From the NCBI GenBank assembly GCA_050290185.1, contig JBNKHE010000002.1, positions 224,001-288,000 of the forward strand: a stretch of DNA of 64,000 nucleotides, read 5' to 3'. This DNA comes from Pontiella sp. (GTDB taxonomy: Bacteria; Verrucomicrobiota; Kiritimatiellia; Kiritimatiellales; Pontiellaceae). Positions 18,825 to 29,400 of this stretch are shown here, in pieces. The notes beneath the pieces were generated by a model. The model worked only from the letters and a program-made list of their open reading frames with translations. It had not been told where the DNA came from and ran no database searches. The translations under genes were made by a program, and so were the position numbers. The number at the start of each line of letters is the position of its first letter. The first letter of the stretch is position 1.

Positions 18825-19448
18825 TCAGGAAAAGAGGTGGAACGGCGCGATCCACAGGGTCGAAAAAAGGTCCGCCAGTCGTGCTCCGTATTTGAAAAAC
18901 ATACTCCCCAGCGGCGTCATCCACAACAGGAGCAGACCGATGCCGGCAAACTGGTTCAGGGCCTGCTGGACCTTCATGTTTTCCACCAGCAGGGAGCGGA
19001 TGATTCCAAAGCCGTCCAGCGGCGGCACCGGGCACAGATTGAGCAGACACAGCGCCCCGTTCACGAAACTGCCAATATGAAAGCTCCGCGCCAAGGCCGG
19101 CGCGTCCCACAGATTTGCCGTCTGTCCCAACAGGGCAAACACTGCGCACAGCACCAGATTTGACAAGGGCCCAGCCAGATAGACAAGGGCATTACGAACC
19201 CGGTTTCCGCATCCCTTGGGATTCACCGGCACGGCACCCCACGCAATCCCGATAAAGATAAGCATCAGCACCGAAAGCCAACCCATCTGCTTCATGGGGT
19301 TCAAAGGAATGTATTCCCGCGGGGTCTCGTCGCCGAAATACACGGCCATGCGCGCATGCGAAGACTCGTGGACACAGATCGAAAAAATGGCAAAGCCGAC
19401 CCATGAAGCGAAATACAGCGGATCGCTTGCGGCATCATCAAGAAACAT
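18825..19448 (-). CDS. Site-2 protease (peptidase M50)
   Basis: Start ATG 19448 after GGAGG, overlapping the upstream stop; HESSH (HExxH), AGPLSN, NLCPVPPLDG. Confidence 0.88.
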   Translation of the reverse strand: MFLDDAASDPLYFASWVGFAIFSICVHESSHARMAVYFGDETPREYIPLNPMKQMGWLSVLMLIFIGIAWGAVPVNPKGCGNRVRNALVYLAGPLSNLVLCAVFALLGQTANLWDAPALARSFHIGSFVNGALCLLNLCPVPPLDGFGIIRSLLVENMKVQQALNQFAGIGLLLLWMTPLGSMFFKYGARLADLFSTLWIAPFHLFS

Positions 19449-20589
19449 TTGAACCTCCCTTTCCTTCCAATAGCGGCACGTCCCCGCAATCGGAACAGGT
19501 TTCAACATCGATGCGGTATACGGTTTCGCAACACGGGCAAACACGCTGGTCGCCAGGCAGGCCCGCAGCATCGACCGCAAAATTCGACGCATCCATGTCT
19601 TTACCGGACAAGGCCTCCTCCATCACATCCCGGTAAATGGCGGCATATTCATTCATGGCGCTTGCCACCTCGGGGGCAAGCGCCGTCCGCCTGCCAGGAA
19701 ATAGCCGGCGCCATATCCGCTGCGCAGGGTTGCGCCATACCCGCTCGTCGGTACAGGACAGCAAAACCGCCAACGGATACCCCGGAATACCGACATGATC
19801 ATTGATCGGATCGCAGGCCCGTATCATCATCGGCGGACAAAGGAACATCTTGAAAAAGGTCTCCCAGCGCGCATACCGTTCCCGGGGAAGCAGTTTTGCG
19901 TGCACCCGTAAAAAGACTGCGCCGCAGACCATGTGCAACAGCAACATGGGAACTGCCACATTCCACAGCAGCCGGACCGGCGGAAACAGGAACAGGGCGA
20001 CCGGGAGAAAGAGCAGCAGCCAGATCGCATAGACCGAGCACAGCAGATTCAACAGGGAGGTTCGTGTCTCCAGATTCGCGATGTGCTCTTTGGCCTTTTC
20101 CGCCGCCTCGAATCGCGATTCAATCCAGGATCGAACCGCAGCTTCACGATCCGTCGATGCAACAACCGACTCCACGGCGGTCCTGGCTTCCTCCAGCTCA
20201 TGCCGGGTTCCCTTGAACCAGGTTTCGCCGTTCACCCTGAATTCATGCTCATGGATCACAACCGACTCCACGGCATCGTAATCCAGATAGCGGGCGTCCT
20301 CGCCCATCCGCGCCGACCGCGACAAGGGCGACCCTGTGCAGACGCCACTGCGGCCCAGCGAATAGCGCGGGAAGGGTAGCCGGTGGGACGATCCCAGCGG
20401 GAGCAGCATCGGCCGCAACAGCCAAAAACGCCCCCCCACTCCAGACGCGGCATCGGTTGACTTGACCCGCCACTTCATGCCTCTGAACGGTGCATACAGA
20501 ATCCATTCCGATGCGCGCGCAAAGACAATGCAATCGCTTACGTAGATCAGGTACAGAATCAGCAGGAAATGAACGAAGTCCGGGGTCAT
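19438..20589 (-). CDS. Hypothetical membrane protein with C-terminal zinc ribbon
   Basis: N-terminal TM helix, two central TM helices, C-terminal CPCC-x8-CSDCG; tightly packed between DUF2167 and the S2P gene. Confidence 0.7.
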   Translation of the reverse strand: MTPDFVHFLLILYLIYVSDCIVFARASEWILYAPFRGMKWRVKSTDAASGVGGRFWLLRPMLLPLGSSHRLPFPRYSLGRSGVCTGSPLSRSARMGEDARYLDYDAVESVVIHEHEFRVNGETWFKGTRHELEEARTAVESVVASTDREAAVRSWIESRFEAAEKAKEHIANLETRTSLLNLLCSVYAIWLLLFLPVALFLFPPVRLLWNVAVPMLLLHMVCGAVFLRVHAKLLPRERYARWETFFKMFLCPPMMIRACDPINDHVGIPGYPLAVLLSCTDERVWRNPAQRIWRRLFPGRRTALAPEVASAMNEYAAIYRDVMEEALSGKDMDASNFAVDAAGLPGDQRVCPCCETVYRIDVETCSDCGDVPLLEGKGGSNVS

Positions 20590-20601
20590 GAAGGTCCGTT
20601 G

Positions 20602-21423
20602 CTACTGTTCCTTCTTTCCGAACAGCCGCTTGAAGAATGCACCTACCGCAACAAGGCCCGCAGCGATGGGCTTCCAGAGCTTTGCAAGCAACCCGGATTT
20701 CAGCGCCACGGCAGCGGCCCCGCCGGCCACCAGCGCCGTCAGGCCATACTTGGCAATCTTGTCGCCCTTGCGGTATTCCGCATAGCTTCCGCCGGCCTTG
20801 TATGAATAGTCCTCGAGAATTTCCGACAAGGCGGGAATGGCCTCATCCAGCACGTCGAGGTCTGCAATCAACGTTACTTCCGTAACGCCACGTCGGCCGA
20901 GAATGCGGATGTTATGGTTTACGAACGGCTTATCACTTCCCTTTTCGCGAAGCTTTGTGCACCACTCGAGATTATGCGTTTTTTCGTTATAAAACGGCGG
21001 CTTGTACCAGCCATCGATCTCCAGCTCGGCCAACTGCATGGAATGGCGACGCTCGTTATCCTGCTTCTGAGAATCACGCATGGACGTCAGGATGGCATCG
21101 GCATCCAGACTGTCCTTGTCGTCGTCCTTCACATAGCCGATGGGATCGAACTCGAATACGGCGATCCAGGCATTCGAAGGAGCAACGATCATTCCGATCT
21201 CCTTATCAGTAACCACGTTACCGAACTGCTGCATGACGATCTTGGTGCCCTTGGGTCCGGTAAAGATATAGCCCTCCGGGATCCCCAGCGAGGAAACCCT
21301 GGCCAGCTCACCGGTGGCAGGTCCGTCCAACCACTCATAATCCGGATCCGTATTCGTATCCGCCTGCGCAAAACACCAGCCGCAGATAAAGGACAAGGCC
21401 AATACACCGATCAAACGCTTCAT
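20602..21423 (-). CDS. DUF2167 family protein
   Basis: Signal peptide; IGYVKDDDK, GWYKPPFY, NHNIRILGRRGV, GDKIAKYGLTALVAGG; C-terminal TM with basic tail. Confidence 0.85.
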   Translation of the reverse strand: MKRLIGVLALSFICGWCFAQADTNTDPDYEWLDGPATGELARVSSLGIPEGYIFTGPKGTKIVMQQFGNVVTDKEIGMIVAPSNAWIAVFEFDPIGYVKDDDKDSLDADAILTSMRDSQKQDNERRHSMQLAELEIDGWYKPPFYNEKTHNLEWCTKLREKGSDKPFVNHNIRILGRRGVTEVTLIADLDVLDEAIPALSEILEDYSYKAGGSYAEYRKGDKIAKYGLTALVAGGAAAVALKSGLLAKLWKPIAAGLVAVGAFFKRLFGKKEQ

Positions 21424-21542
21424 AATCAATCCCCCTTGGTTAAATTTAAGAACACGCTACCCGTTCGGAGAATCATGAAACAAACCCTTAATGAATAAAG
21501 TTTGATTAAGGATCGATGCCGGAACCGGGAAGATGGCTCCCG

Positions 21543-22256
21543 CTAGAGAAGGGCATAGGCCAGCACACTTAGACCGAAGATCGCCGCGGTTTCGGTGCGC
21601 AGGATGCGGTCGCCAAAGGTTACGGGAACGGCGCCGGCCTGGATGACAGCAGCCACCTCATCCTTTGTAAAATCGCCTTCGGGGCCTATCAGCAAGGCCA
21701 CCCGCAGCTTTCCTGAAAAATCAACATCCCGCAAGGGCTGGGTACCTTCATACAGTGAACCGACCAGCACCAAGTCGAACTCCTTGAGCATGGGCAGGAT
21801 TGCATCGATCTTTTCGAGCGGTTTAAGCGCTGGAAGCCAGCGGACCTCGCACTGCTGCGCCGCGTTCAGGACAATCTTTTCCCAGCGTTCCTGCTTCTTG
21901 GGATTCGGCTTGAACTCGGTGTGCTGCGTCAGGATCGGCTGGATACCCGTCGCACCCAACTCGACGGCCTTTTGCAGGACCAGCTCCCACCGATCCGGCT
22001 TGGGAACGGCCTGGATCAAGGTGATTTCCACCGCCGGCGGAGGCACGGACCTACGCGTTACAATGCGGGCCTCCACAGCGGTCTTACCAACGGTTTCAAG
22101 GACGGCCTCGGCAACGCTGCCCCGGCCGTCAAACAGGGTAATCTCCTGTCCCTCATGAACACGGAGTACACGCGCCAGATGGTGCGATTCTTCCGGCGAA
22201 AGCGTTGCAACCGCCTTCTCCAGCTCCGCCGTCCCGATTAGTGAATTGATCCGCAT
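21543..22256 (-). CDS. rsmE: 16S rRNA m3U1498 methyltransferase
   Basis: HHLARVLR, QKAVELG, AAQQC, IGPEGDF, RILRTETAA; start ATG 22256. Confidence 0.93.
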   Translation of the reverse strand: MRINSLIGTAELEKAVATLSPEESHHLARVLRVHEGQEITLFDGRGSVAEAVLETVGKTAVEARIVTRRSVPPPAVEITLIQAVPKPDRWELVLQKAVELGATGIQPILTQHTEFKPNPKKQERWEKIVLNAAQQCEVRWLPALKPLEKIDAILPMLKEFDLVLVGSLYEGTQPLRDVDFSGKLRVALLIGPEGDFTKDEVAAVIQAGAVPVTFGDRILRTETAAIFGLSVLAYALL

Positions 22257-22260
22257 AGAA

Positions 22261-22333
22261 CCTCGTACTCCTCCTCGTCCGTCTTCCTCGTCCTCGAAAA
22301 CCGGTGCCGAGGACGAAAAAAGCGAGAACGAGG
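22261..22333. repeat. REP-like palindrome built from CTCGTC-type hexamers
   Basis: TCGTCCTCG (22288-22296) / CGAGGACGA (22308-22316) is a perfect inverted repeat; outer CCTCGTACTC/GAGAACGAGG match 9 of 10. Confidence 0.65.
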
Positions 22334-22339
22334 CCGGCG

Positions 22340-23512
22340 TCAGGAATCCGCTTCGAGCTTGCGTTTTCGCTCGTAGAACGTAGCCGCCATTTTCCTCATT
22401 TTGGCGGATTCCTCGAAATGGTTGTCGTGCAGCATGTCGCACAACTCCAGCATGGCCTTTTTTTCCTTGCCGGACAGCTTGGCGGGCACTTCGACCTTCA
22501 CCATGACGTTCTGGTCGCCCTTACCCTGTCCGTGGGCGGCATCGACCACCCCTTGTCCGCGCAGACGGAAAATCTTACCGCTTTCAGTCCCGGCCGGAAT
22601 CTTCAGCTTGGCGCCACCGTGGATCGTTGGAACCTCGATTTCCCCGCCGAGCATGGCAATGTTGAACGGGACCGGAACCTCGCAGTAGATGTCGAGTTCG
22701 TTACGCTTGAAAAACTCGTGGTCGCGCACATGGAAAACAATAAACAGGTCTCCGGCGGGACCACCGCGAGCCCCGGCCTCGCCTTTACCGGCAAGGCGCT
22801 GTCGCGAACCGGACTCCACGCCGGCGGGGATGCGCAGCTTGATGGTCTTGCGTTCTTTAACGCTACCGGCTCCATTGCATTCGCGACATGGGCTGGAAAT
22901 GGCTTCCCCGGCTCCACCGCATGTCGGGCAGGTTTGCGAAAACTGGATAAACCCACCGCCGGCCGTCACCTGACCGCGGCCCTGGCAGGTCGGGCAGGTC
23001 GTCTTGGAGGTGCCTGGCTCCGCCCCGCTGCCGGAGCATTTTCTACATGTTTCGCTGACGGGCAGCGTAAGCGTGCGGTGCGAGCCCAATGCCGCCTCCT
23101 CAAAATCCACATCGAGGTCGTAGCGCAGGTCGGAGCCGCGCGCCGGCCCCGTGTTGCGGCGGCGTCCGCCGCCTCCACCAAACAGGTCGTTGATGTTGAA
23201 GCCGCCACCGAACACCTGCTCGAAAATGTCGGACGCATCGTGGAACCCGCCGCCGAATCCACCGCCAAAACCGCCGCCTCCCGGCGCAAAGGCCTGATGG
23301 CCGAACTGGTCGTAACGGGCCTTTTTATCGACATCGCTTAACACTTCGTACGCTTCACCAGCCTCCTTGAAGCTTTCCTCGGCGGCATGGTCGCCCGGAT
23401 TGCGGTCGGGGTGGTATTTCATGGCCACCTTGCGGTAGGCCTTTTTGATCTCGTCTGCCGTCGCGTTCTTCGAGACGCCCAGAATTTCGTAATAGTCGCG
23501 TTTTTCAGCCAT
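22340..23512 (-). CDS. dnaJ: Chaperone DnaJ
   Basis: J domain with HPD, G/F-rich region, four CxxCxGxG repeats. Confidence 0.97.
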   Translation of the reverse strand: MAEKRDYYEILGVSKNATADEIKKAYRKVAMKYHPDRNPGDHAAEESFKEAGEAYEVLSDVDKKARYDQFGHQAFAPGGGGFGGGFGGGFHDASDIFEQVFGGGFNINDLFGGGGGRRRNTGPARGSDLRYDLDVDFEEAALGSHRTLTLPVSETCRKCSGSGAEPGTSKTTCPTCQGRGQVTAGGGFIQFSQTCPTCGGAGEAISSPCRECNGAGSVKERKTIKLRIPAGVESGSRQRLAGKGEAGARGGPAGDLFIVFHVRDHEFFKRNELDIYCEVPVPFNIAMLGGEIEVPTIHGGAKLKIPAGTESGKIFRLRGQGVVDAAHGQGKGDQNVMVKVEVPAKLSGKEKKAMLELCDMLHDNHFEESAKMRKMAATFYERKRKLEADS

Positions 23513-23527
23513 GCTTAATCCATTTCC

Positions 23528-23637
23528 GATGTTAGATTTTGATTGTCGATTTGCGAAGTCCAGGCGGCGTTGGCCTTGTTGAAGGCAATGTGTTCGCAGC
23601 CCCGCAAATCAACATTCGAAATTCACCATTCAAATTT
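23528..23637. repeat. REP-like imperfect palindrome with heptamer periodicity
   Basis: Arms 23535-23555 and 23603-23623 are complementary at 17 of 21 positions; units such as CAAATCA/ACATTCG/AAATTCA/CCATTCA. Confidence 0.6.
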
Positions 23638-24238
23638 ACTTTTCCTCTTCTTCGGTCTGGGACGAACCGCTGGAAACAACAACCTGCGCAGCGCGCAAAA
23701 GCTTGTCGCCGAACATATAACCGCGGCGAACCTGGTTCGAGCAGACCTCGGCCGGATATTCGTCCGACGGCATGTGGGTCAGGGCCTCATGCTTGTGGGG
23801 GTCGAACACTTCGCCTACTGCATCGATGGGCTCGAGATTAAACTTGTTAAGGATATTCTGGAACTGGTCGAAGACCATCTTGAAACCGTCAACCACCGCC
23901 TTGTCAGCCTGATGCTGTTCTGCAGTCTGCAGGCCCATCTCGTAGTGGTCGAGAACGGGCAGCAGTTCAAGGAACAGATCCTCGTTGGCGCGCTGGTAGA
24001 GCTCCAGGCGTTCGCGTTGCGTACGGTTACGGAAGTTGGCGAAGTCGGCCTGCAGACGCACAAACTGGTCACGTAACGATTCGTCCTCTTCCTCCTCAAG
24101 CGGCGGAGCGGCATCCTCCTCGATAATTTCGGTATCGGGAAGTTCCTCGGCTTCAGCGGCTTCCTTGTCTGCCAGCTCCTCATCCGCCAGAAATTCCTCG
24201 TCCTTCAAATTCTTCTTGTCGGTTTGTTTCTTGCCCAT
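23636..24238 (-). CDS. grpE: Nucleotide exchange factor GrpE
   Basis: RLQADFANFRNR, LLPVLD, FDPHKHEA, GYMFGDKLLRAAQVVV; ATG 24238 after AAGGA. Confidence 0.95.
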   Translation of the reverse strand: MGKKQTDKKNLKDEEFLADEELADKEAAEAEELPDTEIIEEDAAPPLEEEEDESLRDQFVRLQADFANFRNRTQRERLELYQRANEDLFLELLPVLDHYEMGLQTAEQHQADKAVVDGFKMVFDQFQNILNKFNLEPIDAVGEVFDPHKHEALTHMPSDEYPAEVCSNQVRRGYMFGDKLLRAAQVVVSSGSSQTEEEEK

Positions 24239-24291
24239 CGTAAAAATTCCTTTCCCCGCCATTTTCGGGTTCCGTGTTTACAGAGCTTGGA

Positions 24292-24319
24292 AAAATACGC
24301 GATACAGCCGAGGTGTCAA
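24292..24319 (-). promoter_or_regulatory. Sigma70 promoter for grpE-dnaJ-rsmE
   Basis: TTGACA-N16-TATTTT on the minus strand. Confidence 0.5.
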
Positions 24320-24461
24320 TAGGTCAATTCACTCGTATCCGCCTTCAAAAACCGCTCGACATCACGCACATGCCCACGCTTAATAAAGGTTCCACGATTT
24401 ATCATGTATCATACACATACTGAACCACGGGACTGCGACACTCGTTTTAGAGGGATAAACA

Positions 24462-25001
24462 ATGAAATGGATTGGGACGCTGATTCTTACAGCAGCACTG
24501 ACTTTAACGGGCTATTCAAAGGAACGGTTGCGCTTCCCCTTCGATCAGACCACCCGGGTCACATTCATCCGCCTCGGAAACATGGAGCTCGATGCAGGAC
24601 AGCAGTTCGTGCTGGAAGTCGACCAAGGCCAATGGCGCATTAAACGGCGGATCAGCCGCGCCCATGCAACCGTTGAAGATATTACAGAGGAACGCGCGCA
24701 GGAAATTCTCAAGGCGTTCGCCGAGCTCTACAGCTATTGGCAAAACACGCCCTACCGCGACCCCGACGAGAACGCATACTCCCTGTACGTTTCCACCACG
24801 GATACCTGGCAAATGGCCCTTCGCGTGAAGGATCGCGGCAGCCCCCAGTTGACGCAGCTGATTGAACTCATCGAATACCCAGAAGGCCTGGTATTGAATG
24901 ACGTTAAAGAGGATAACACGCCGGGTGACGGAATCAGGGCTTCTACAACAGATGATCCGCTAGCCGCCGAAGGGGACTCCGACTCCAGCGGACAACCCTA
25001 G
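24462..25001 (+). CDS. Hypothetical exported protein
   Basis: GAGGG RBS; N-terminal hydrophobic signal MKWIGTLILTAALTLTGYS; acidic disordered tail; no family recognised. Confidence 0.65.
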   Translation: MKWIGTLILTAALTLTGYSKERLRFPFDQTTRVTFIRLGNMELDAGQQFVLEVDQGQWRIKRRISRAHATVEDITEERAQEILKAFAELYSYWQNTPYRDPDENAYSLYVSTTDTWQMALRVKDRGSPQLTQLIELIEYPEGLVLNDVKEDNTPGDGIRASTTDDPLAAEGDSDSSGQP

Positions 25002-25009
25002 CCCGGGCA

Positions 25010-26377
25010 TCAAGCACTGCGGCTATTCATGATCACCAGACAAACGGTCCAGGCCGCAATGGCTCCCATGGCGATGCCAAAAATCGGCCAGCCTCCCCAG
25101 ACGGCCAGCAACGGAATAGCCGCGCCCGTCCAAAGCCCGCCACCCATAAAGGGTTCGTGCAACAGTTGCTTGGCCGCGAAGGCTTCGGCCGCTTCGGTTT
25201 CGTAGTCGGGATCAACCACGCGCAGCAACAGCAAGCCCGTCGCCGTTACCCCCATGGACTGCCCCATTTCAGCAATACCGCGCTCGAACCAGGCATCCTT
25301 GAACGCCCGGCGGGCAAAGACGGTCAGCATGAGCACATTCCATCCGATACCGGCAACAATCAGGATAACCAATGGGAGCCAGCCTTCGGCAATAACGTCG
25401 ATCCGAATGGTGGCAATGGCAGCCACCACAAGGAAATCAAGTGCGCAGTTCTGAATGCGCAACATCAGTCCTTCGTCCATATGCTCATGCCGGTCAAACC
25501 GGTCCGCCAGCCACTGAACGACTACGCCGCCAAGCATGCAGAGCGGAAACAGCGGGAAACTGGAGAAAATTTCCGCTCCCTGGCCCGGCAAGATGCCGGC
25601 AAAAAGCAGCAACCCCGCTTTCATCAGCCAGCCAAGCAGGACGGCCGCACCGATAAAAACGAAATGAAGCGATAGCGATCCGATGACATCGGATGATACG
25701 CTGATCTTTCCCGCCGCAGGACGGTGTTTATGCGGGATGATGCCACTCAGGTCATCAATATTGACACCGGGCCGGACCTTCTTTTCGACATAGCCCTTGC
25801 GCACGGCCCAGTTGACGAGTCCCATACCGACGATGATGGCACCCATAATACCGCCGGTGGCGCTGGCGAGGGCGAAGTCCTTCATTTCGGGAAAACCGAG
25901 CCGATCAAAAGTCGGTCCCATTCCGCCGGCCGTGCCGTGGCCACCCTCGAATCCAACGGGCATGATCCCGGCAAAGATGTCCGGCAGCCCGAAGACCGGC
26001 TTAATGAGCAATAAAACCATTCCGCATCCCACGGCATACTGCCCCCAGGCCACAATCTGCCCATACGCCAACTGGCGGCTGGAGCTTTTCCATACCTGAG
26101 CGACCGGCGGGAGGCTGCGTCCGAGAAACAGGCAGGCAAACACAATATTGATCAACAGGCCCGGCAGCTTGCTCCATCCCTCCGTCGTTTCGGGCGGAAG
26201 AGCCAGCTTCCAATCCATGATGGACAGGTCGAGATGTTGGAGCAGTTGGATGATTGCGAGCCCGATCAGGCCGGCAATCACGCTGGCAGGCAGATAGAGG
26301 CGCTGAAGAAAACGTATCTTGCGGCGCACCCAGTACCCGAGCCCCAGCAACACGCACAAACATCCGAACGAAAGCAT
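25010..26377 (-). CDS. gltS: Sodium/glutamate symporter (ESS family)
   Basis: YLPASVIAG, GFEGGHGTAGG, GQSMGVTATGLLLLRVVDP; ~12 TM helices; start ATG 26377. Confidence 0.8.
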   Translation of the reverse strand: MLSFGCLCVLLGLGYWVRRKIRFLQRLYLPASVIAGLIGLAIIQLLQHLDLSIMDWKLALPPETTEGWSKLPGLLINIVFACLFLGRSLPPVAQVWKSSSRQLAYGQIVAWGQYAVGCGMVLLLIKPVFGLPDIFAGIMPVGFEGGHGTAGGMGPTFDRLGFPEMKDFALASATGGIMGAIIVGMGLVNWAVRKGYVEKKVRPGVNIDDLSGIIPHKHRPAAGKISVSSDVIGSLSLHFVFIGAAVLLGWLMKAGLLLFAGILPGQGAEIFSSFPLFPLCMLGGVVVQWLADRFDRHEHMDEGLMLRIQNCALDFLVVAAIATIRIDVIAEGWLPLVILIVAGIGWNVLMLTVFARRAFKDAWFERGIAEMGQSMGVTATGLLLLRVVDPDYETEAAEAFAAKQLLHEPFMGGGLWTGAAIPLLAVWGGWPIFGIAMGAIAAWTVCLVIMNSRSA

Positions 26378-26396
26378 TCCATTCCCCTGTTGGTTC

Positions 26397-26470
26397 ACCA
26401 CGGAGGACACGGAGTGCCGCAGAGGGAAAATCCTCCGCACCCTTCGTGCCCTCCAGCGAAGCGGGTGGTT
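26397..26470. repeat. REP-like palindrome built from 9-mer units (ACCACGGAGGACACGGAG...GTGGT)
   Basis: Left units CACGGAGGA/CACGGAGTG/CGCAGAG; right units CTCCGCACC/CTTCGTGCC/CTC...GTGGT; imperfect, with a short insert. Confidence 0.55.
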
Positions 26471-26486
26471 TGTCTGCTCCGCTTGA

Positions 26487-29400
26487 TTAGAACATGATAT
26501 CGAGCATGACGGATCCGGTATGCTCTTCGTAGTTGTCGCTGAAGCGGCCGTTGTAGCCGACGCCGACCTCCATATAGTCCGTACAGATCCAGCTGTAGCC
26601 GATCCCGGCATTGATCCCCGATTCATCCGGCGAAATGCGGGCGGTTTCCGTCGAAGACACATCGGCAGCCGTCAACGATGAATAGATCTCGTCCTGTACG
26701 AAGTCATAGCTCCATTCGGCGTAACCCGTCGTCTGGAAACGACCAACCGGCGTATCGAACCGGTGCCGCAGCTTTAGGCCGAGCGCGGATTCAACCCAGT
26801 TGTGATCAATCCCATCGACCTGAACCACGCTACCCTCATCCTCTACCTCGTTGTGGTCTTCCGTCATGGAGGCCAGAGCATGCAGACCCATGTAGGGGGA
26901 CAGCGCCAGGTTTTCACCATAATAATAGTATTGCCCGACATCCGCAGAGACACCCACAGCATGCCCATTATAGGAGGCCGTTCCATGGTAGCTGGCTGCA
27001 ATGCGTTCCGAATCATAGCTGCTATAGCCATAGCTTGCGAGGGCATCAACATACAGGCCGTCCACGCCGACCCATTCGCCATAGGCGCCGACCCAATAGG
27101 TTTCGGTATCGAGCCGATCCCCGTTATCCGCACGGGCAGCCGAACGCGCATAGGTGTAGTTGACCCCCACGGCCAGCGCTTCGCCAATGAGTTTGTCGGC
27201 GCCGATTGTCGTGCCGTTGTTGTTAAGCGCAAATGCATCTGAAATACCGACGCGGTCATAATTCCCCTGCCCGCTGTATTGCTGCAGCCAGACATGCATA
27301 TCGAAAATGGTGTTCTGATCGCCGGGCCCCATGGCGCCTGCGGGAGCGTTGGTCGAGGTGAGCAGCAGCACCTCGTTAGGAATGGCATGCGCCGTCGAAA
27401 CCAGGTTTCGGCGCAACTGCTTCGTCCGGGTGAACACCATGTTTTTCACGCCGTTGAACCCTGCGCGGATACTTTCCGAGGCGGCAAAGTCGAGCGTCGA
27501 AGCAATCGAACCGTCCTTGACCCCCACCATCTGCACCTGCACTTCATTATTGGTAATCAGAAGATGCCCGTCATAGAGCAAGGGACGTACATCCATGTTG
27601 GTTTCTACAAAACTACCAACGAGATTCGTGGCGCTTAGAATCACAATATCGTTTGTGGCAACGGGGATATACGGAATGAATACTTCCGCCGTCATCGTGG
27701 AGAGATCCACATCGTTCGTTCCGGAAAAGACCAACTCATCCCATTCGTCTATGATGACCTGCGCCCGGTTGGTCGTACCATCCGGAATAAAGATGCCGGC
27801 GATCTCGAGTCGCCCTATCCCATCACCGGCCGGATCAATGGTTCCGTCGATCATCGAAACGGTTTCAAAGGTATTCGCGTCCAGCAGGCCGTGACCATTC
27901 AATGTGCTGTTGTTCAGAGAAAGGGTCTGGAAGTTTACGTAGGGAAGCGCGTTGGTACCGTCCACCGCAAACATTCCGTTGTTCACAGCGACCGTGTTTG
28001 AGGAGCCGGAAGTTGCGGTGAATACAATGCCTGTGCCCAGTGTAATATCATTCCCGAAAAACGCCAGTGTTGCATTGGCTGCGTCAAACTCAATGGATCC
28101 CGCTCCACTAATCGTGGAATTACTGTAGATATTCATCTCAGATTGCAACGAAATGGAACCATCGGAAGCGAGTGCAATGGAGTTCCCGGAATGGAGCGTC
28201 AGGCTTCCATCAACCACAACTTCTCCGCTGTCGGACACGGACAAACTATTATCCACGCTGTTCGAAGTGCCGCCAATGGCCAGATCCCCTGTAATTTCCA
28301 AAATAGAATTCAAGCCCGTCACACTCGCGTTGTTGGCCGAGGCATCATCATTACCGATATAGGCGCTACCGCCAACGTCAACGCTTCCGCCGGAAGAAAC
28401 AGTCAGCGTGTTGCCGGATCCGTCGTGGCCCACCCACAGGTCGCGGCTGTTGGTCCAATTCCCGCCTTCGTTAACGACAACCTCGTTGTTGGCTGAATTT
28501 GTGCCCCAGCCAATAAATGCGTCTCGGCTGGTGAGCGCCCCCCCGCTTTGGCTGACGGTCAGAATGCTTTCGGAATCGTTGTAGCCGACAACAAGATTGG
28601 TTCCGGCAAGATCCCAGGAGCCGCCGGCAAGCGTCAGATCCCGTCCGCCATCGAGATAGAAGACCGGGTTTGTCGCGCCGCCAACAACCATGCTGGTGGT
28701 ATCCATGCCGCTCAGCACCCCGCCCACGGAGAGGAGGCCCCCATCCTTCCAGTTGAACCCGCTTGTCGAGGCGTCGAAGCTGGCGCCGATGGCAAACGTG
28801 CCGCCGGAGTTCAAGTCGAGCTGGCTGCCGTTGGCGATCAACAGATCGCCCACCGAAACCGTACCGTCGTTGCGGATAATGTTGGTGCCGCTAGCTCCGC
28901 CAAGCCCTAGGTAGAGCGTACCCTCCACGTCCACTGTTCCGCGACCCACCACCAGCTGCGCGCCGTTGGTCGATGCCACAAGCATGCTGCCACCTGTCAG
29001 ATTGGTCTGCACATCACCTACATTTACCCACCCGTCGTTTTCGATGGTGAGCGAGTTTCCGTCACCGCTGGTATTGACCAGATTGGTGCCCGACCAATAG
29101 GCCCCCACATAGAGGTCGCCGCCGGAATTCGTCCATGTGGAACCAGAGCCGGAAACAAGTACCGAATTGTTGGCGGCACTACCCCAGCCGATGTAGCCGT
29201 CGGCGTTTTCTACAGAGCCCCCATTCGTGATGATCAGCTCGCTGCTTGATGCCTGATAGCCCACAATCAGGTTGGTCGTGCCTAGAGGCAGAGATCCTCC
29301 GTCCAATTCAATATCATGTCCGCCATCGATGTATGCGAACTCAATGCTGTTGGTGTTGCCATCCGCAACCAGGTTAGTCGTTGGCAATCCACTCAACTTG

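Noticed and set aside
24314..24328. GTCAAT direct repeat at the grpE promoter as a CtsR or CIRCE site
   Set aside because: The period is 8 nt rather than the 10 nt of CtsR heptads, there is no CIRCE inverted repeat, and one copy is simply the -35 box.
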